A stretch of DNA of 64,000 bases. It comes from Ramazzottius varieornatus. Taxonomy: Eukaryota > Animalia > Tardigrada. The first letter of the stretch is position 1, and each line of letters opens with the position of its first letter. The stretch is taken from assembly GCA_001949185.1 (NCBI GenBank), contig BDGG01000003.1, positions 927,686 through 991,685 of the forward strand, written 5' to 3'. This document shows positions 36,757-49,932 of the stretch, piece by piece. The position numbers were made by a program, and so were the translations under genes. The notes beneath the pieces were generated by a model that saw only the letters and a list, made by a program, of their open reading frames with translations, had not been told where the DNA came from and ran no database searches.

Positions 36757-37408
36757 ATTCGGTTTTAGTACGAGTTGTCGTGGCTCAATCTGTTTCTCTT
36801 GCGTCCTCTTTTCGAGTACCATGTCTAGTCTTATTGTTACCTTTTAATTATTCTCTACCGGAAAATGTTTTAGCGAAGTGTCGGCGAGGTCGATAAATAT
36901 TTTTACGTTGTGCGGCTTCTGCGGCTATGGCGACCCAATGGGCAGTATCTCAGGACTTCTGACGCAAGTGCGGTGCTGCCCGATGGTCGGTCCACGGTGT
37001 CTTTGTCACATCACGGTTGACCGAAATCTGCTCCTGATTGACTGATTGAGGCTCGAGAAATAGTGATTTTTCATTTGTTTACATTTCCGATACCCGATTT
37101 AATTTTGCATTTTCGGAAGTTTGTCGCATAACGCGACTCTGTCCTTGTGATCTTTTGCGGACTTGACCATGTACGAATGAAGAGTCTACAGGAAAAACTA
37201 ACATCAGGAGAGTGGATGAGGCTTGAACGTGTGAGAAGGACGAGTCTTCGGAGATGCAACTGCCCGTGGGCAAATCTTCATCAGTAAAGTCCAAACCGGT
37301 TTCTTAAGCCCAAGTTCATATCGATCATATGTCTCGCATCTCGATGTGGATCAATCTGACTTTTGTACCGGCGATTCCCTTCAGTTTACGGTTAATCGAT
37401 GAGATCAT

Positions 37409-40400
37409 ATGAAGATGGACTCTCCGCAAGATCATCCGAGCGGCCGTAAAAGACGACCGGAGAACAGCAAGACAGTCAAAACCGGACCAGTCGTCCAACC
37501 AATTAACCGTCAATCAACGGAAGAAATCAACGTTGTTAAAGTCCTGCCCTCAAAGACGACCGGCCACCTCATCCCTTTGCTTCTCCTTACTATTGCTGCC
37601 GGAGCTACTCGGTTATGGCGTCTCGGACAACCTTCAGCTGTCGTGTAAGTTAGCCTACTCGCTGCGAACTTACATTTCGATTTCCTAGTATGAGTCTGTT
37701 CTCGCAGCTTCGACGAGCTATTCTACAGTCGCTTCGTCCACATGTACATCAACCGCATCTTCTTCTTCGACTCCAATCCCCCATTCGGAAAGCAGCTCAT
37801 TGCAACAGCAGCGTATCTGGCTGGATACGGCAATCAGAACGAAACGTTTGAACAAATCGGTAAGTGAAAAAGCTGAGGAAAAAGCAGCGGAAGTGAAATC
37901 GATGTCCCGTTGCATGTAATGTCATATGTCCATGGTTTCTGTGTCATGTCATGTCATGTGTTCACAGTTCATGTTGCGTGTTTGCAGGTGATCCATACGC
38001 GGAAGATACTCCCATCGTCGTTCTCCGCCTTCTTCCTGCTCTCTTCGGTGCTTTCCTCATTCCTGTCTCCTACCTGATCTCCACCGAACTCGGATACTCT
38101 CGCTTTGAATCCACAGTAACGGCTTGTTGTTTTCTGTTCGATAACGCTCTGGTCACCGGTTCGCGCTTTGTCCTGATCGACTCGATCAACCTGTGTCTGC
38201 TTCTTCTTGCTGTCCTTTTCGTTCTCAGATTTACCCACGAAGCATGTCTGTCGTACACGTCTGCCAAGTATGGCCTGCTTACGGGATTATTCATGGGATT
38301 ATCCATCAGTACGAAGTTTTTGTCTCTGAACACGCTACTGGTTCTTGGCTGGGTCGTCGTAAGGCACTTCTGGAAGACTATCGATGATCTGACCATATCC
38401 GCGGGGAAATTGTGGAAGTATCTGCTCTTTTGGGTCTTCTTGGTCTTCTGGGTACCGCTGGGAGTGTATGTGGCAACTTTTTATGTGCATTTTCTGGTGC
38501 TGAACAAGGCTGGACCTTACGACGCCATGATGTCCACACGCTTCCAGGCTAGCCTCGAGGTATCAAACTCATGTGTAAGCGAAGACCAAAAACTCAAAGC
38601 CTAAGTGAAAAGTTCTTCAGGGAGGGCTTGCAGCCATTACGCAGGGACAGCCATACGATATTGCTCACGGATCGCAAATCACGTTGAGAAATGTGGCGGG
38701 AGTCAATGAAGAACCTTGCTGGTTGCATTCCCACGATGCGGTAAGGAAGCCATTACGGAGAGCTAACGGCTTACACTGACAGGGAAATTCACTCTTGAAA
38801 TGATTGTTAACTGGCTTACAGGTCTATCCTGTTAGGTACGAGGGTACCAATCGGGGAAGTTCGCATCAGCAGCAAGTGACTTGTTATTCGTTTAAAGACG
38901 TCAACAACTGGTGGATTGTCAAACGACCAGGAAAGAAAATTTCCGGAGTGGCTGGCTACCCAGATGTTATCCAGGATCGCGACATCATCGAGTTGGTTCA
39001 TGGCATTAGTGGACGTTTACTCAACAGGTGACCATGATCTCATTTTAGTGGTGAAATATAGCTATCGATGAACGATTGGTTTCATTGTGCGTGATTGTAG
39101 TCACGACGTTGCAGCTCCGATGTCACCCGAATGCCAAGAAGTGACGTGTTACATGGACTACAACATCTCAATGGCGCCGGAAACACTGTGGAGAGTGGTA
39201 AGCAAGTTTCTATGAGATGGATTTCTTGACACACTGTAGCTTTCAGTGCTGCAAAACTTGAGGGAAGAAATCAGGAAATTTAATTTGTTTATCCGACAGT
39301 GATTGTTGGTTTTCGGTTTGGAGATCAACATGTCTTGTTGTTGCAGAAAATCAAACGACAGGAAAGTGACGATAAAATCTGGCACGCCATCCACACTCAG
39401 GTCCAAATCATCCATGTCACTAACGACCTCCCTGAGACGTCGCCTCAGGCATTAGCTGTGACTGGACTGAGACTTCCCGAATGGGGATTCGGGCAGTTCG
39501 AAGTGGTGTCCAGTGATCAACACAGTGCATTTACGGTGTCCCTGTGGAACGTCGAGGAACATCGCTACACCAAAGGTAACATTAGATTCCGTCTACCTAA
39601 ACTGCTATCTTCCATCTCGTGTGTTTCCAGTGGATGGAAACGCAGAGAACGATACGGAAGGATCGGTCAACAAGCCGGTACAACTATCTTTCTGGAGCAA
39701 GTTTCTCGAGCTACAGTGGAGCATGCTGGGACTTTCTAAAGACACCGTGGAGGAGCACGTGTATGGCTCGGGTCCGCTCCAGTGGATCAAAAACGACAAC
39801 GGCGTGGCTTTCTGGGCTGAAAAAGGCACCAACGTAAGACTTAATGGACTGCTCGTAATTATTAGTGTTTGAAATTTGGTTTACTCTTCAATGTTTTTCC
39901 TTTGTTTGTTCAGAGGCAAATTTATCAAGTGGGCAATTTGGTCATTTGGAGAACCGGAGCGTTGGTCGTCCCATTGACCGTCGTTATTTTGCTTGTTTTC
40001 GCTCTATGGAATATGCGGTATCCGAAGAGCCTACCAGTTTCCCCGGCGCAGTGGAACAGAATACTCGCCAGTAGCGAACTTTTGCTGATGGGATTTTTGT
40101 TCAACTGGCTGCTGTTCTTCTTTACGGACCGCACTCTGTTCTTTCATCATTACTTTCCTGGACTAGCTTTCAAATTCTTGCTGATTGGAAGCTTCTTCGG
40201 CGAAGTATATGAGCGGTTGGGTAACAGGTACGTCCAACACAGTGAAACGTTGAGGCAGTGTCTCAATAGCGATGTCAAGGCGGGTTTGTTTGTAGTTTTG
40301 TTGGACGACATGTTCTTCATGGGCTGTGTGTTGTATGGCTGCTGGCGGTCATACATACCTTTGTTTTGTACTCGCCATTGACGTATGGTTGGGCGGTATT

Positions 40401-40464
40401 GTCGAGAGAGGAACTGCGCGATCTCGAACGGAAAGAAAGCTGGGCTTTTATAATACGAAACTGA
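37409..40464 (+). CDS. POMT1: Protein O-mannosyltransferase 1 (multi-exon)
   Basis: VVFDE loop motif, [33 protein letters not shown] domain WLHSH and [37 protein letters not shown]-terminal SPLTYG...SWAFIIRN*. Confidence 0.93.
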
Positions 40465-40735
40465 GAAGTGAACACCGTTCCTGTTCTGCTTGAATTGACA
40501 AATTTAAATACGCCGGCGCCAGTTAAGAACTCAGATATGAGTTTTGTCGGTGGCTGTCTTGTCCACTCCGTTTTTATGCAGTGTGATAATGATTAATGAA
40601 GCTTGTCGTTTGAACACGAGCGATGTGGTTCGAAGAAGTTTGCGAAAGTCACAAGTTGTAGTGGGTGCTGAAGCGCGACTGTACTCTGCTACACACAAAT
40701 CAGAAATGCGATTTCCAGACGTTCGTTTTGACGAA

Positions 40736-40766
40736 TGGGTATCTGCATACGAGAATGCGTCCAGAG
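40736..40766. repeat. Terminus of MITE family C (other ends at 41261-41291, 48385-48415, 52450-52480)
   Basis: tgggtatctgcatacgagaatgcgtcca and its reverse complement recur four times in the window. Confidence 0.7.
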
Positions 40767-41362
40767 TATTCTGGCTTGGATTCGGCCTTTTTTGACATCA
40801 AGTTGTTCGAAATATCGAACTGTACCAAAGGTTCAATTCGGGGCACTTTGGGGCGGTAATGAAGACAAAACGAGTGGCTGAAATATTTGAATATATTTAT
40901 CGAAAATCACAAGGGTGTTAGGGGCTAGTCTTGGTGTCAGCAGCGCACTCCAGCTGGAGACGCGCACCAGCAAGCACTTCCGGTGCATATTGTCTGTGGG
41001 CTGTTAGTCATTGGTTAGTTGATTAAATTTGGCTGCGCACAGCGTATTTCGACCAGTGCGCGTGCCGATTCGTGCGCCACATAGGTTTTCAGCACTTTCA
41101 GCTACCTCCTCGTAACTTTTTGTCCTGTGGCCAGAATCCAATTCTGAGTTCAGATTCGTGTTTCTCAAGGTCTGTTTGACATAGATGCATCTCCGGTTGA
41201 AGCTTTTTCTCGGGCTCCGAAAACTTTAAAACGTTCTTGTGAACAATTGGGTCAGACCTGCTTTGGACTCATTCTCGTATGCAGATACCCAAATGTTCGA
41301 GCAAGGTCTACAATTGCATTGACATCGCTTGATGAGAAAGAGTGGACACACATGGGCAATGA

Positions 41363-41796
41363 CTACAACACTGCTTTCTTGCAAGATTGTCCACCACAAC
41401 GTTTAGGGCAGCATTTGTATGTTAGTCCGCAGTCGGCGTCATCTTGGCAGGTAACGAAACAAGCTCCTTCGTGCGTTTTAGCAGGAGGTGGACATGAACC
41501 CGGCATACGCATAGCTCGGCATTCGGGTCGACCGTTGCGAACGATACAGCGGGTTCCTTGTTGGCAAATCATTTCCTGCGCGAGAAAGGAAATGTGTAAT
41601 TCGCTTTCGCGAACCGCATAGGTATAACAACGCAAAGACTCACACATTCCTCGAGCGTTATCTGCTCCTGTTCCTCCGAGGTGTCCCGCATTTGTATAAT
41701 AGTTCTCGCCCGAGTGGTTTCTCTTGTGCAGAGGAAGCTCAGTACGATGACGGTGAAAGCAGGCAGAAACATATTTTGTGGAAGTAATCTCAGCAT
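41363..41796 (-). CDS. Secreted WAP (four-disulfide core) protein with an N-terminal FOLN-like Cys module (intron 41576-41643)
   Basis: Signal peptide; CEMICQQGTRCIVRNGRPEC; PGSCPP..ACFVTCQDDADC..KCC..CGGQSC. Confidence 0.85.
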
Positions 41797-42304
41797 TTTA
41801 GTCCTCAAAGCCCCAGAGCACGAGAAAATCGTGATTTGTGTAGAAATAATGGCGCACTGTAAATGGATGCGAAAACGGTGATTTATCTGGTTCGGAGTAC
41901 CGTGATGGTGTAGCACATGTTTTATTTCGAAGAAGTCAGTGTACTCTTATGAAGAAGCCAATTGAGTTCGAAACGAAGTCAACACATTGCCGTCCAAGAA
42001 CTTCACATCAGCATTCTGATGGATAGCGGGTACCATTCATGTGTGGTTAATCCCTCAGCTCCTGAAGTGCCACGTCGAGTGCCCGCTTTCCTTACTGCTG
42101 CTGTAGGTGTCCGGGTATCGCGCCATTGTGCTCGCCTTCTTAAACTTCACATCATGCACTGGTGCATGAGAGTACCGTTGAATACAGTCTGGCGAAAACG
42201 CCAGACAAAAGAAAGCCATGAACGGGCTACTGGAAAAGGACGCAGATAGATTACGACTTGGTGGTTTCGCGAAAGAGACAGCAGACTTGCCATTCGACAT
42301 GTAA

Positions 42305-42353
42305 AAAAAAAATGATGTGTGTAAAAAAATGATGTGTGTAAAAAAATGATGTG
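42305..42353. repeat. 16-bp tandem repeat, about 3 copies (aaaaaatgatgtgtgt)
   Basis: Read directly. Confidence 0.85.
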
Positions 42354-42934
42354 GAAGGCCATTTATGCGGTCAGTTAACAACTGTAATCGATTCGAAGGT
42401 TGATAGCTATTTTTAACAATCGAAATTTCGGTGTGGTACCGGTAGCGCCATTCTGTGGCATGTTGTTGCGGATCTTTGATTAGGAAGACGAACGGCTTGC
42501 TAGAACTTGAAGTGTGCTAGCTGCACGAAACTCTTTCGCGGAGTGAGGGAGTGACCAATATGGTTCGAAACAGTCGGCGGTGCCCCTTCAAATCTTAATT
42601 CATTTTTTGCAACTACTCTTTACGCATGTGGTGTTCAGCAGTCTGAAACCGCTGAACACGTTACAAGATTGTCGATAGTCATAGACCAGACTCCGTGATC
42701 AATCTTCTGGCGATTTTCTTCAGCATTTCCACACTTTCCATAATTATGTGATTCAAAACCGGACGCAGACCTGGTATCAATTTTATAATCGGTTAGGTAG
42801 TGAATTCGAATCCGTTAAGTACAGTACACCATCTTCGCCTGTGTATCAGCATCTATTGTACAACTGGGTGTGATTTTCACCATCAGGCTCGAAGTTTATT
42901 AATTAATGCCCGTATCTTCAGTCCAAAGAGAATA

Positions 42935-43067
42935 CGAGGTGGCCGGCACGGAGATATCCGCCGGGCATAGAGATATCCACCGGGTTTCGACGTTATAAAG
43001 CGACATAGAGACCCACTGGATTTCTATATTATTATGGGTGGTGGATATTTCCGCGCCGGCCTCCTCG
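42935..43067. mobile_element. 133-bp mariner-type MITE
   Basis: TA-CGAGGTGGCCGGCACGGAGATATCCGCC ... GGTGGATATTTCCGCGCCGGCCTCCTCG-TA. Confidence 0.85.
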
Positions 43068-43277
43068 TAGATCATTTCATTTCGATAGCACGCTCGCAAA
43101 TACAGTAGGACGCTTCCTCTCGATTGTTCATGGAGAGCAAACTTTCCCGCGTTGGTCAGTTGTCATCCTAGAGGTCACCCAACAATGGTTCTTTCCACAA
43201 GCAGATTTATTGTTACCGCGCAAAAATTCTCTCAGAGAAATGTAATACTGTAAGCTAGGTTTCTGTCATGCAATTTT

Positions 43278-45274
43278 CTAGCGTAGCGAGGCTCGTATGG
43301 TGAAATGATCCGGATGGACGCCTAATAATGGTACGTTATGGTAGCAGCTCGTCAATTGCACACTGCGAGATGTCCAAATGCTAATGAAGGACTTACCAAC
43401 GCCGTTTATTCTCAGAATATCCGTCCATGGTCGACTTCGTGCTAAAACCCTGGTCATGTCGAAATGTTGTATCATCGAAACCATCGATATAAAGACGATC
43501 ATCTTGGCAAAGTGATCCCCACTGCACATTCGCCGACCTGCAAAGTGGTTTCGGAGTTTAAAAATGCTCGTTAAAATCAAACAGTTGGCTAGATTTGGTT
43601 AAGGTACAGCAACTCACCTGTAGCGAATGGCAGACTATGCGGACTAGATACAAATTTTCCTTGGTCATCTAGAAATCTCTCTGGACGAAAAACCATTGGA
43701 TCCTTGTAATAGACATCGGAGTGGTGAATGTTCACGTAGTCAACAAAAACAGTTGTATCTATGAACGCAAACTCCAGTTTGATTGTCTGGGTTGGTGTAC
43801 GTCGGTTGACTATAAAAAAACTACCTTTCGGTATCGTATAACCGTTTAGCATTACGTCTTCCGTGCACTGATGTGGTAGTCCGAACGGATCAACGCTTCC
43901 GATACGAAAGACCTCGCTCATCGTGGCTTCACAATAAGGTAGCTGTCCCCGATCCGCATATGAAGCTATGGTTCCCTGACCTAAAACTTGGTATATTTCT
44001 TCTTGGCATTTTTGTAAGACCTCTGGCACGGAGGACAGCAGTAGTACGGCCCATTGCAGCGAGCCAAGCGTTGCATCCAAGCCCGCTGGAAAAAAAGGTT
44101 GAAACACGTGTGCGAATTTTCAAATGCCTTCCGGTCTCCCAGAAATAACTTACCAAAGTACATCTCTATCGACATGTACACCAGCTGCATATCCGTAAAA
44201 CTTCCGGCGTCTCCATTGTTCTTGATCTGTTCCTGTTGCTCTTTCAGGTAGGCGTCAATAAAGTCGCGCACATCACTGGTATCGAAGTGTTTCCGATGTT
44301 CGGCAATGATTTCTTCCATCATGTGAGCACTCTCTGCCATGCGTCCATATACCATAGCCTGCTTTTGCCTGAACGGCGGGATATGAGACAACCATGGGAA
44401 GACGTTGAGAATGCTTGCCGGTGTGGTGCCTTCCGTGAACACTACGTTGACGCTGTCGGTGATGCGAGTGAACCTCGGGTCGTCGGAGCGGAGAGCTCCA
44501 CCGCACAGCGTGGAGGCAATACTGTTGGCTACGCATTTGAGCACAGCCGGTCGTGTGGAAAATGGTTGGTCCGGAGTGGAGTTTATTTGGTTCGAAATGT
44601 CTTGAATCAGGTCTCGCGCTGCATTCTGGACGTAGCTTTCGAGAAGGTTTTTCGAGCCAGAGCCTCGCCCGAAATCTTTGAGCGCCATGATCTCGAAACG
44701 CCGAGTGTCCTTCCACATCTGTCCTTTGCTGAACGCCAAAGCTAACATCGAACGGTTTGTAAGTTGAGGATGGGGTTTTATGCTCAATGCTGACGCTCAC
44801 CATGATGGTTGAACAATCTTGACAGGTTAGTTTCTGGACGACCTTCCCCAATTATCGGATCTTTATAGGCCGCCTTCGCCACTTCAGGATCGGTAATCAC
44901 CTGCCAAAGCATTCTTTTGCAGTAATTTCACGCTTGAAAGCTTGAATAAGGGAAACCTCCGCATCTTCAGTAAAACCATAAACTGCATTATGAAACCCAC
45001 GAGGATTTGTACTTACAAGGTGCAGTTTTGGTCCGAGGAAGAAAGTGAACATGCCATCTTTTCCATACTGTTGGGCCCACTGTTTATACGTCACCCAGGG
45101 CGCGTCATCGTCCAGTCCCAAAGTACCAATCAAGGGGTAAGCTGGTGGTCCTTGAGGTATACGCCCTTTTCTGCGATCAGACATGACCCGAAGATATGGC
45201 AGTATAAGGGCTACAGCATAAAGCGACCCCAAAATGAACGCACACGACATAAAAAGCATAACAAGGAAAGCCAT
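43278..45274 (-). CDS. Cytochrome P450, CYP2-clan-like (multi-exon)
   Basis: N-terminal anchor plus PQGPPAYPLIG, WKDTRR, DFIDAYL, I-helix AGLDAT, EVFR, PERF, heme motif FATG/RRMCSG. Confidence 0.92.
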
Positions 45275-47394
45275 GTTTCCAGAGTAAAAAACCGCTCGAG
45301 AAGAAAACGCCGGAAACGAAGGCTGCGAAATATTAGTCGCAAGACGGTAGGATTGCTCCTGAAATTGAGCGAAAGCGCTCGACGCGTGTGGTGGGAATCC
45401 GCAGGAGATAACCGCTATCAGCTGACCACAGTTTCTTCAGCTCATTAAATCCGCTGCACGCTATCGAGCCTGATAGCGAGCCGTGTAAAGAAAACATACA
45501 GTGGTGAGATGGGCAAATGATGGAGGAAGTTCCTCAAACAGGCAGAAGGGCTGGCGATACATTGAGATCCAGGGTTTGCATGCCGTAATGACAGGATACA
45601 GACGGCTTGCTCGCATTCACCGCAACATCAAGCTGGGCAAATTAAAAATCTGCAGTGAATGCGATAAAAGACTAGTTGGTGCTTGTAAAGCCTGCTCATG
45701 ATGGTATTGATCGACAAGGCTTGTCAGGCTTCATCAAGCGGCTTCCACCGTTTAAGGCTTAGTGCGGAAAACCGGATTATGCAACGCCTGTTAACGTCTG
45801 AGGCAGTACTCTACCGCGTGTTCTGGGCCTAACTAAGGCTTTCTCCTTACAGAGTTTACACAACGGTGAAGTCAGTGGAGTTGTGCGCTCTAACTATTGT
45901 GCGGTTTATCATCCGAAACAATACCTGTCAGCTGTCAGCCGTCAGCTTTTGTCAGCGAAACAACTCAGTCTGATCGCTAGATGGCGCGGAGACATTGGGG
46001 CCCAAACGGACACTGAGCGTGAACATAATTTTGCCTTTTCACAGAAACCGGCGAGTTCAAGGCGGGTATAGCGTACCTCGACGCGCGGAAGTCTCGTCCA
46101 GGAAATATTCTGTTCGTTCCGGCGCACTGTTGTAGCCCAGCTTGTGCAGCGTGAAGCCTTGGGTTCGACAACAATAATTGATCAAATGTCTTGTCGTAAT
46201 TTAGTAATTTGACACCGTATCCGACAAGCCAAACATACGTCAATCGTGCCATCCGAAATTTCCAGACGTTCATCAAACGTGTGTAGTTTGAAGCGAAATT
46301 TGGCTGATCACAAGACCACTTTTCTGCAAAAATCCATCAACCCAAGGAAGCAATTTCGAGAAATCAGTAACTACCCGTCATTTCTCCCAACATCGTTAAC
46401 GCACCGTGTCCAGGTATGCGAACTTGATAGTACAAGTTTGGGTGTTCTCTCAAACGTTCTTGATACACTCTGCCGAACGATGGTTTTCTCGTGGTTCGTC
46501 CCTTTTGAGGCAGGCTCAGGACAGTACGGCATCCAGAAACGACGATAGACCAGGTGCAGTCATCATAAGATTCAATTTTCGCTTGACATGTACCCATGCA
46601 ATCTTCCCCAGATTCTGCCTAACTCTTGACTTTTATTAACAGTTGGTCGGAAAATTGCAAATATTCCAGTCGTTCACCGTCAAAGCGCCGCCTTCCGACC
46701 AGTTACTTCACCTAAACCAAAAGGAAGGGCCAGAAGGCGCACGGAGCTCATTGGTTTCGTGGTGACGTTGTGGGTCGTGGTCGGAGCACTAGTTTTCTGG
46801 ACACGTAATGCGATACGGTTTCCCCTACCAGACCAGCTACGGACCATGTTCGTCTCTGTGTGGATACTTATGTGGGCCTTCCTGGGTTACTGTGCCGAAT
46901 CGTGGATACTTCTGCTCTTCTTAGTTCCCAGGCAGACCCGTAGCAGTCCATGACCGGCAGAGCGGGTAGGCCGTGTGTCACAACATGCAGCCAGTGCTGG
47001 CAACAATACGATAAAACAGGATAGGATACTTTTCGATGTAATGTTAGCCGATATCATACATCGTACTTTTCAATATCTCTGCCATATCGACAGTTTGATC
47101 GTAGTGACTCGGTCCACGGCCTGCCACGACTTTTTCTACGTGCACTGCCTGTCACACTGCCTTTGACTCCGTGCACTACCTTGGACACTACCTTTTAACT
47201 TTGTACACGGACTTTGACACGGCCGTGATGCTACGTGCACAGCTTTTGACACGTTTCTTTATCCACAGACATTGCTTTTGAGAGGTGCTTGATTCCGCCG
47301 TTACTGTCCAGTAGAAAAGCAGTGTAGAGGCTGGACATTGGCCTTCAAATAAGGCTACTCTAATTCCGCTTCTTTGCTCTGCCATGTGTGAACG

Positions 47395-47990
47395 ATGAGA
47401 GACGGTGATGCATTCAACTCGCACGCTACTTTTGAAGTCGTCTTGAAGGCCTATCAGAATGAGACCGCTCAACTCTTCAGCGTAGGACGGCCCAAGAAAC
47501 TCAAAGCTACAGCGAGCGATGATCCCAGAAAAAAACAGCCAAATCTATCGAAAACTACAATTCAGCACTCTATGCTCAACGATTGTAACGCTTTGTTCAT
47601 GGAGGTCCTGGACGCCATCGTGGAGCGGTTGTACGAGAAATAAAATATACGAGGAAGATCAAATTTCCCGTAGTAAATCAGATGGAGAAGTTCGAGCCAT
47701 AAGTCCACCCAACAGTCGACAGCACAACCATAAATAGTCAAAAGATAACTGTGACCATGAACGAGAGAACCGTCTTTTGAACAACAAAGAAAAGGTTTAA
47801 GCTGCCGAGTTAGTCCTTAATGGAATACCGGTACGCCAAATGGCTGCTGCACTACCCATACAAACCAAGAAGCCAATCCGCGAACAAGACCTTTACAACC
47901 TAGAGGCCGTACTGGACCGAAAGATGAACAGCCTTTGAATACTTAAAGATGTAATGGTCATCGCTCCGAAACCTCTCAACATCTAAGCTT
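47395..47990 (+). pseudogene. Possible Mutator (MULE) transposase N-terminal remnant
   Basis: GDAFNSHATFEVVLKAYQNETAQLF resembles MuDR-type DNA-binding domain starts; REQDLYNL downstream; broken by stops. Confidence 0.35.
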
Positions 47991-49290
47991 TGAAGGTCCT
48001 CTCCAGGTCGTACCCGTAGTGAAAAGATCGTGCCGAAGGTAGTGCACGGAGTCAAAGGCTGTGTGACAGGCCGTACGCGTGCACCCACAACAAACTGTAG
48101 AAGGCCGTGCACGTCGCCTTGACCTCTTTTGATACGGTATAGTTTTTGAATATCGTGGTTTTGAAATATCGAATTTACCGCAACGATATAACAATAAATT
48201 GAACAGAGTTCGCGCCGAGCCGGAGACCAGTATTATTTCAATGCGTCGAGCGGTTTAGGACCTTCAGAAATGAGACGCCCCTCAGATCGGCTGTACCGTA
48301 GGTTGAACATGCCTCAGAACACTTACAAAAGCCTAAACTGTACACACTTTGTCGCCTCAAAGTTACAAATTGAAAATATCGATATGGGTTATCTGCATGC
48401 AAGAACGCGTCCAAACTCCAAAGCATGTCTAACCGAATTATTCAGGAGACAATGTTAAGGTTTCTGCACCCCAAGGAAAAGCTGAAACGGGACCTTCCTC
48501 TACATCAAACATACCCTGAGGAAAATATATCTGGATCAAAATTAAGTTTTGACCACAGATTGGAGAGTTAGGAAGAACAAGGTGGAAACACCGAATTCCC
48601 GTGTATTGCATGATCAGAACGCGGATCGGGTGTATTAACACTTAGAATACCAAGGGTACAACTCACTTGTCCGGCGCACAGTTACCTCGCTGTTGAAACT
48701 CTCCTGTTCCACTTTTACGTCTCGTTTTTTCACGTTTGACTGAGAGCTACATTTCTCTATCCAGTCCACCCAGCGACCACCGGCTAAACAGTGGGCAAAA
48801 AGTGTGAAATTTTTCTGAAAAATTAGTCGTAAAATGCTGTTCGTACACAAATCCAATTCTGTCTAGCGTATCGTTTGACACAATGACTTGGAAAAAATTC
48901 AAGGCATACTAGACTGTTTTCTTTACAGTTCATAGTTTGTTTCGTTAATACTGTGCTTGCCCAGTGGTCAGAAAGAAATATGGCGCTTGCATGAAACAAA
49001 ACACTATGTGGCGCAGTCTATGACGTCATACACGCTACTACCACTAGTGGCACAGTCAAAGTTACGATCGAAAAATTCAAAATTTGATTTTACGCTTTCC
49101 GATCGCAGCCACTTAGCCTTCCTCTGTTCTTCGTCGACNACATCTTCTTCGAAGCTTTCTGTACGGTATTGTGGGATTTTGTGCACTATGGAAGCTNNNN
49201 NNNNNNNNNNNNNNNNNNNNNNNNNNNNNNNNNNNNNNNNNNNNNNGGGATTTCTATATGGCATTCTAACATCAAGCTCTGCAATTACAG

Positions 49291-49651
49291 ATTGACTCTT
49301 CCTCCAAAATTACTGCTTTTCATGGAGAAGGCTTCGCACGGTCTCGAGGGAAGGGAAGCACGATTCGCCATTTACAGAGCCCTCTGCAGTCAGATTTTCG
49401 TAAGTCGGATTGATGTGTTTTGTCGTTTTCTGTTTGTCTGCAATGTGAACGAAGGTTTGACTGTTGTCGGTGATTGCTTTCAGGACGTTGAGCAATCCAT
49501 GGCGCGAGCTGGACCAAAGTCTGTTCTGATGTATCCTCCTGCCCTGCTGGAATACATACGGAAAATTCACGGCGGGGAAGTGGCTGGTGGTTCGGGAAGA
49601 GGAAAGATAATTGTCACGCTAGAAACTATTGCTCTGATGAAATGGTGTTGA
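49291..49651 (+). CDS. Second spliced ORF inside the piggyBac, unknown function (exons 49291-49399, 49484-49651; 5' part may be hidden by the N-gap)
   Basis: Consensus gtaagt...tttcag phase-0 intron; protein MEKASHGLEGREARFAIYRALCSQIF/DVEQSMARAGPKSVLMYPPALLEYIRKIHGG... Confidence 0.55.
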
Positions 49652-49932
49652 TTATTGAATGAGTTACTTGAATTTGATCAGTTGATTTGTTGTTGATGTT
49701 ACAGTCTGGTGCAAAATGGAGTAGCTTTTTTGATTGATTAGCCACCAGTGAGCTCTGAAACTCCTTCATGGAAACAACGTGTCAGCACAATAAAACAATC
49801 AAAATTAGTCAAGTGCATCGAATAAACTGACGGAAGTGTTGCGCTTTTCATAGATATTTATGAAATTAATTACTTCAAAGAGCGTTTCTTGTACGCCTCG
49901 TGCTTTTCTTCTTGGTTTGCGAGTTTCAAGGA

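Noticed and set aside
45500-47200. Short protein-like ORF fragments
   Set aside because: Broken frames with no recognisable family.
41261-48415. Possible 7-kb composite transposon bracketing the WAP and P450 genes between inward-facing family-C ends
   Set aside because: No matching TSD; 48128-48415 resembles the interior of the copy at 52450-52950, so these look like independent truncated MITE copies.
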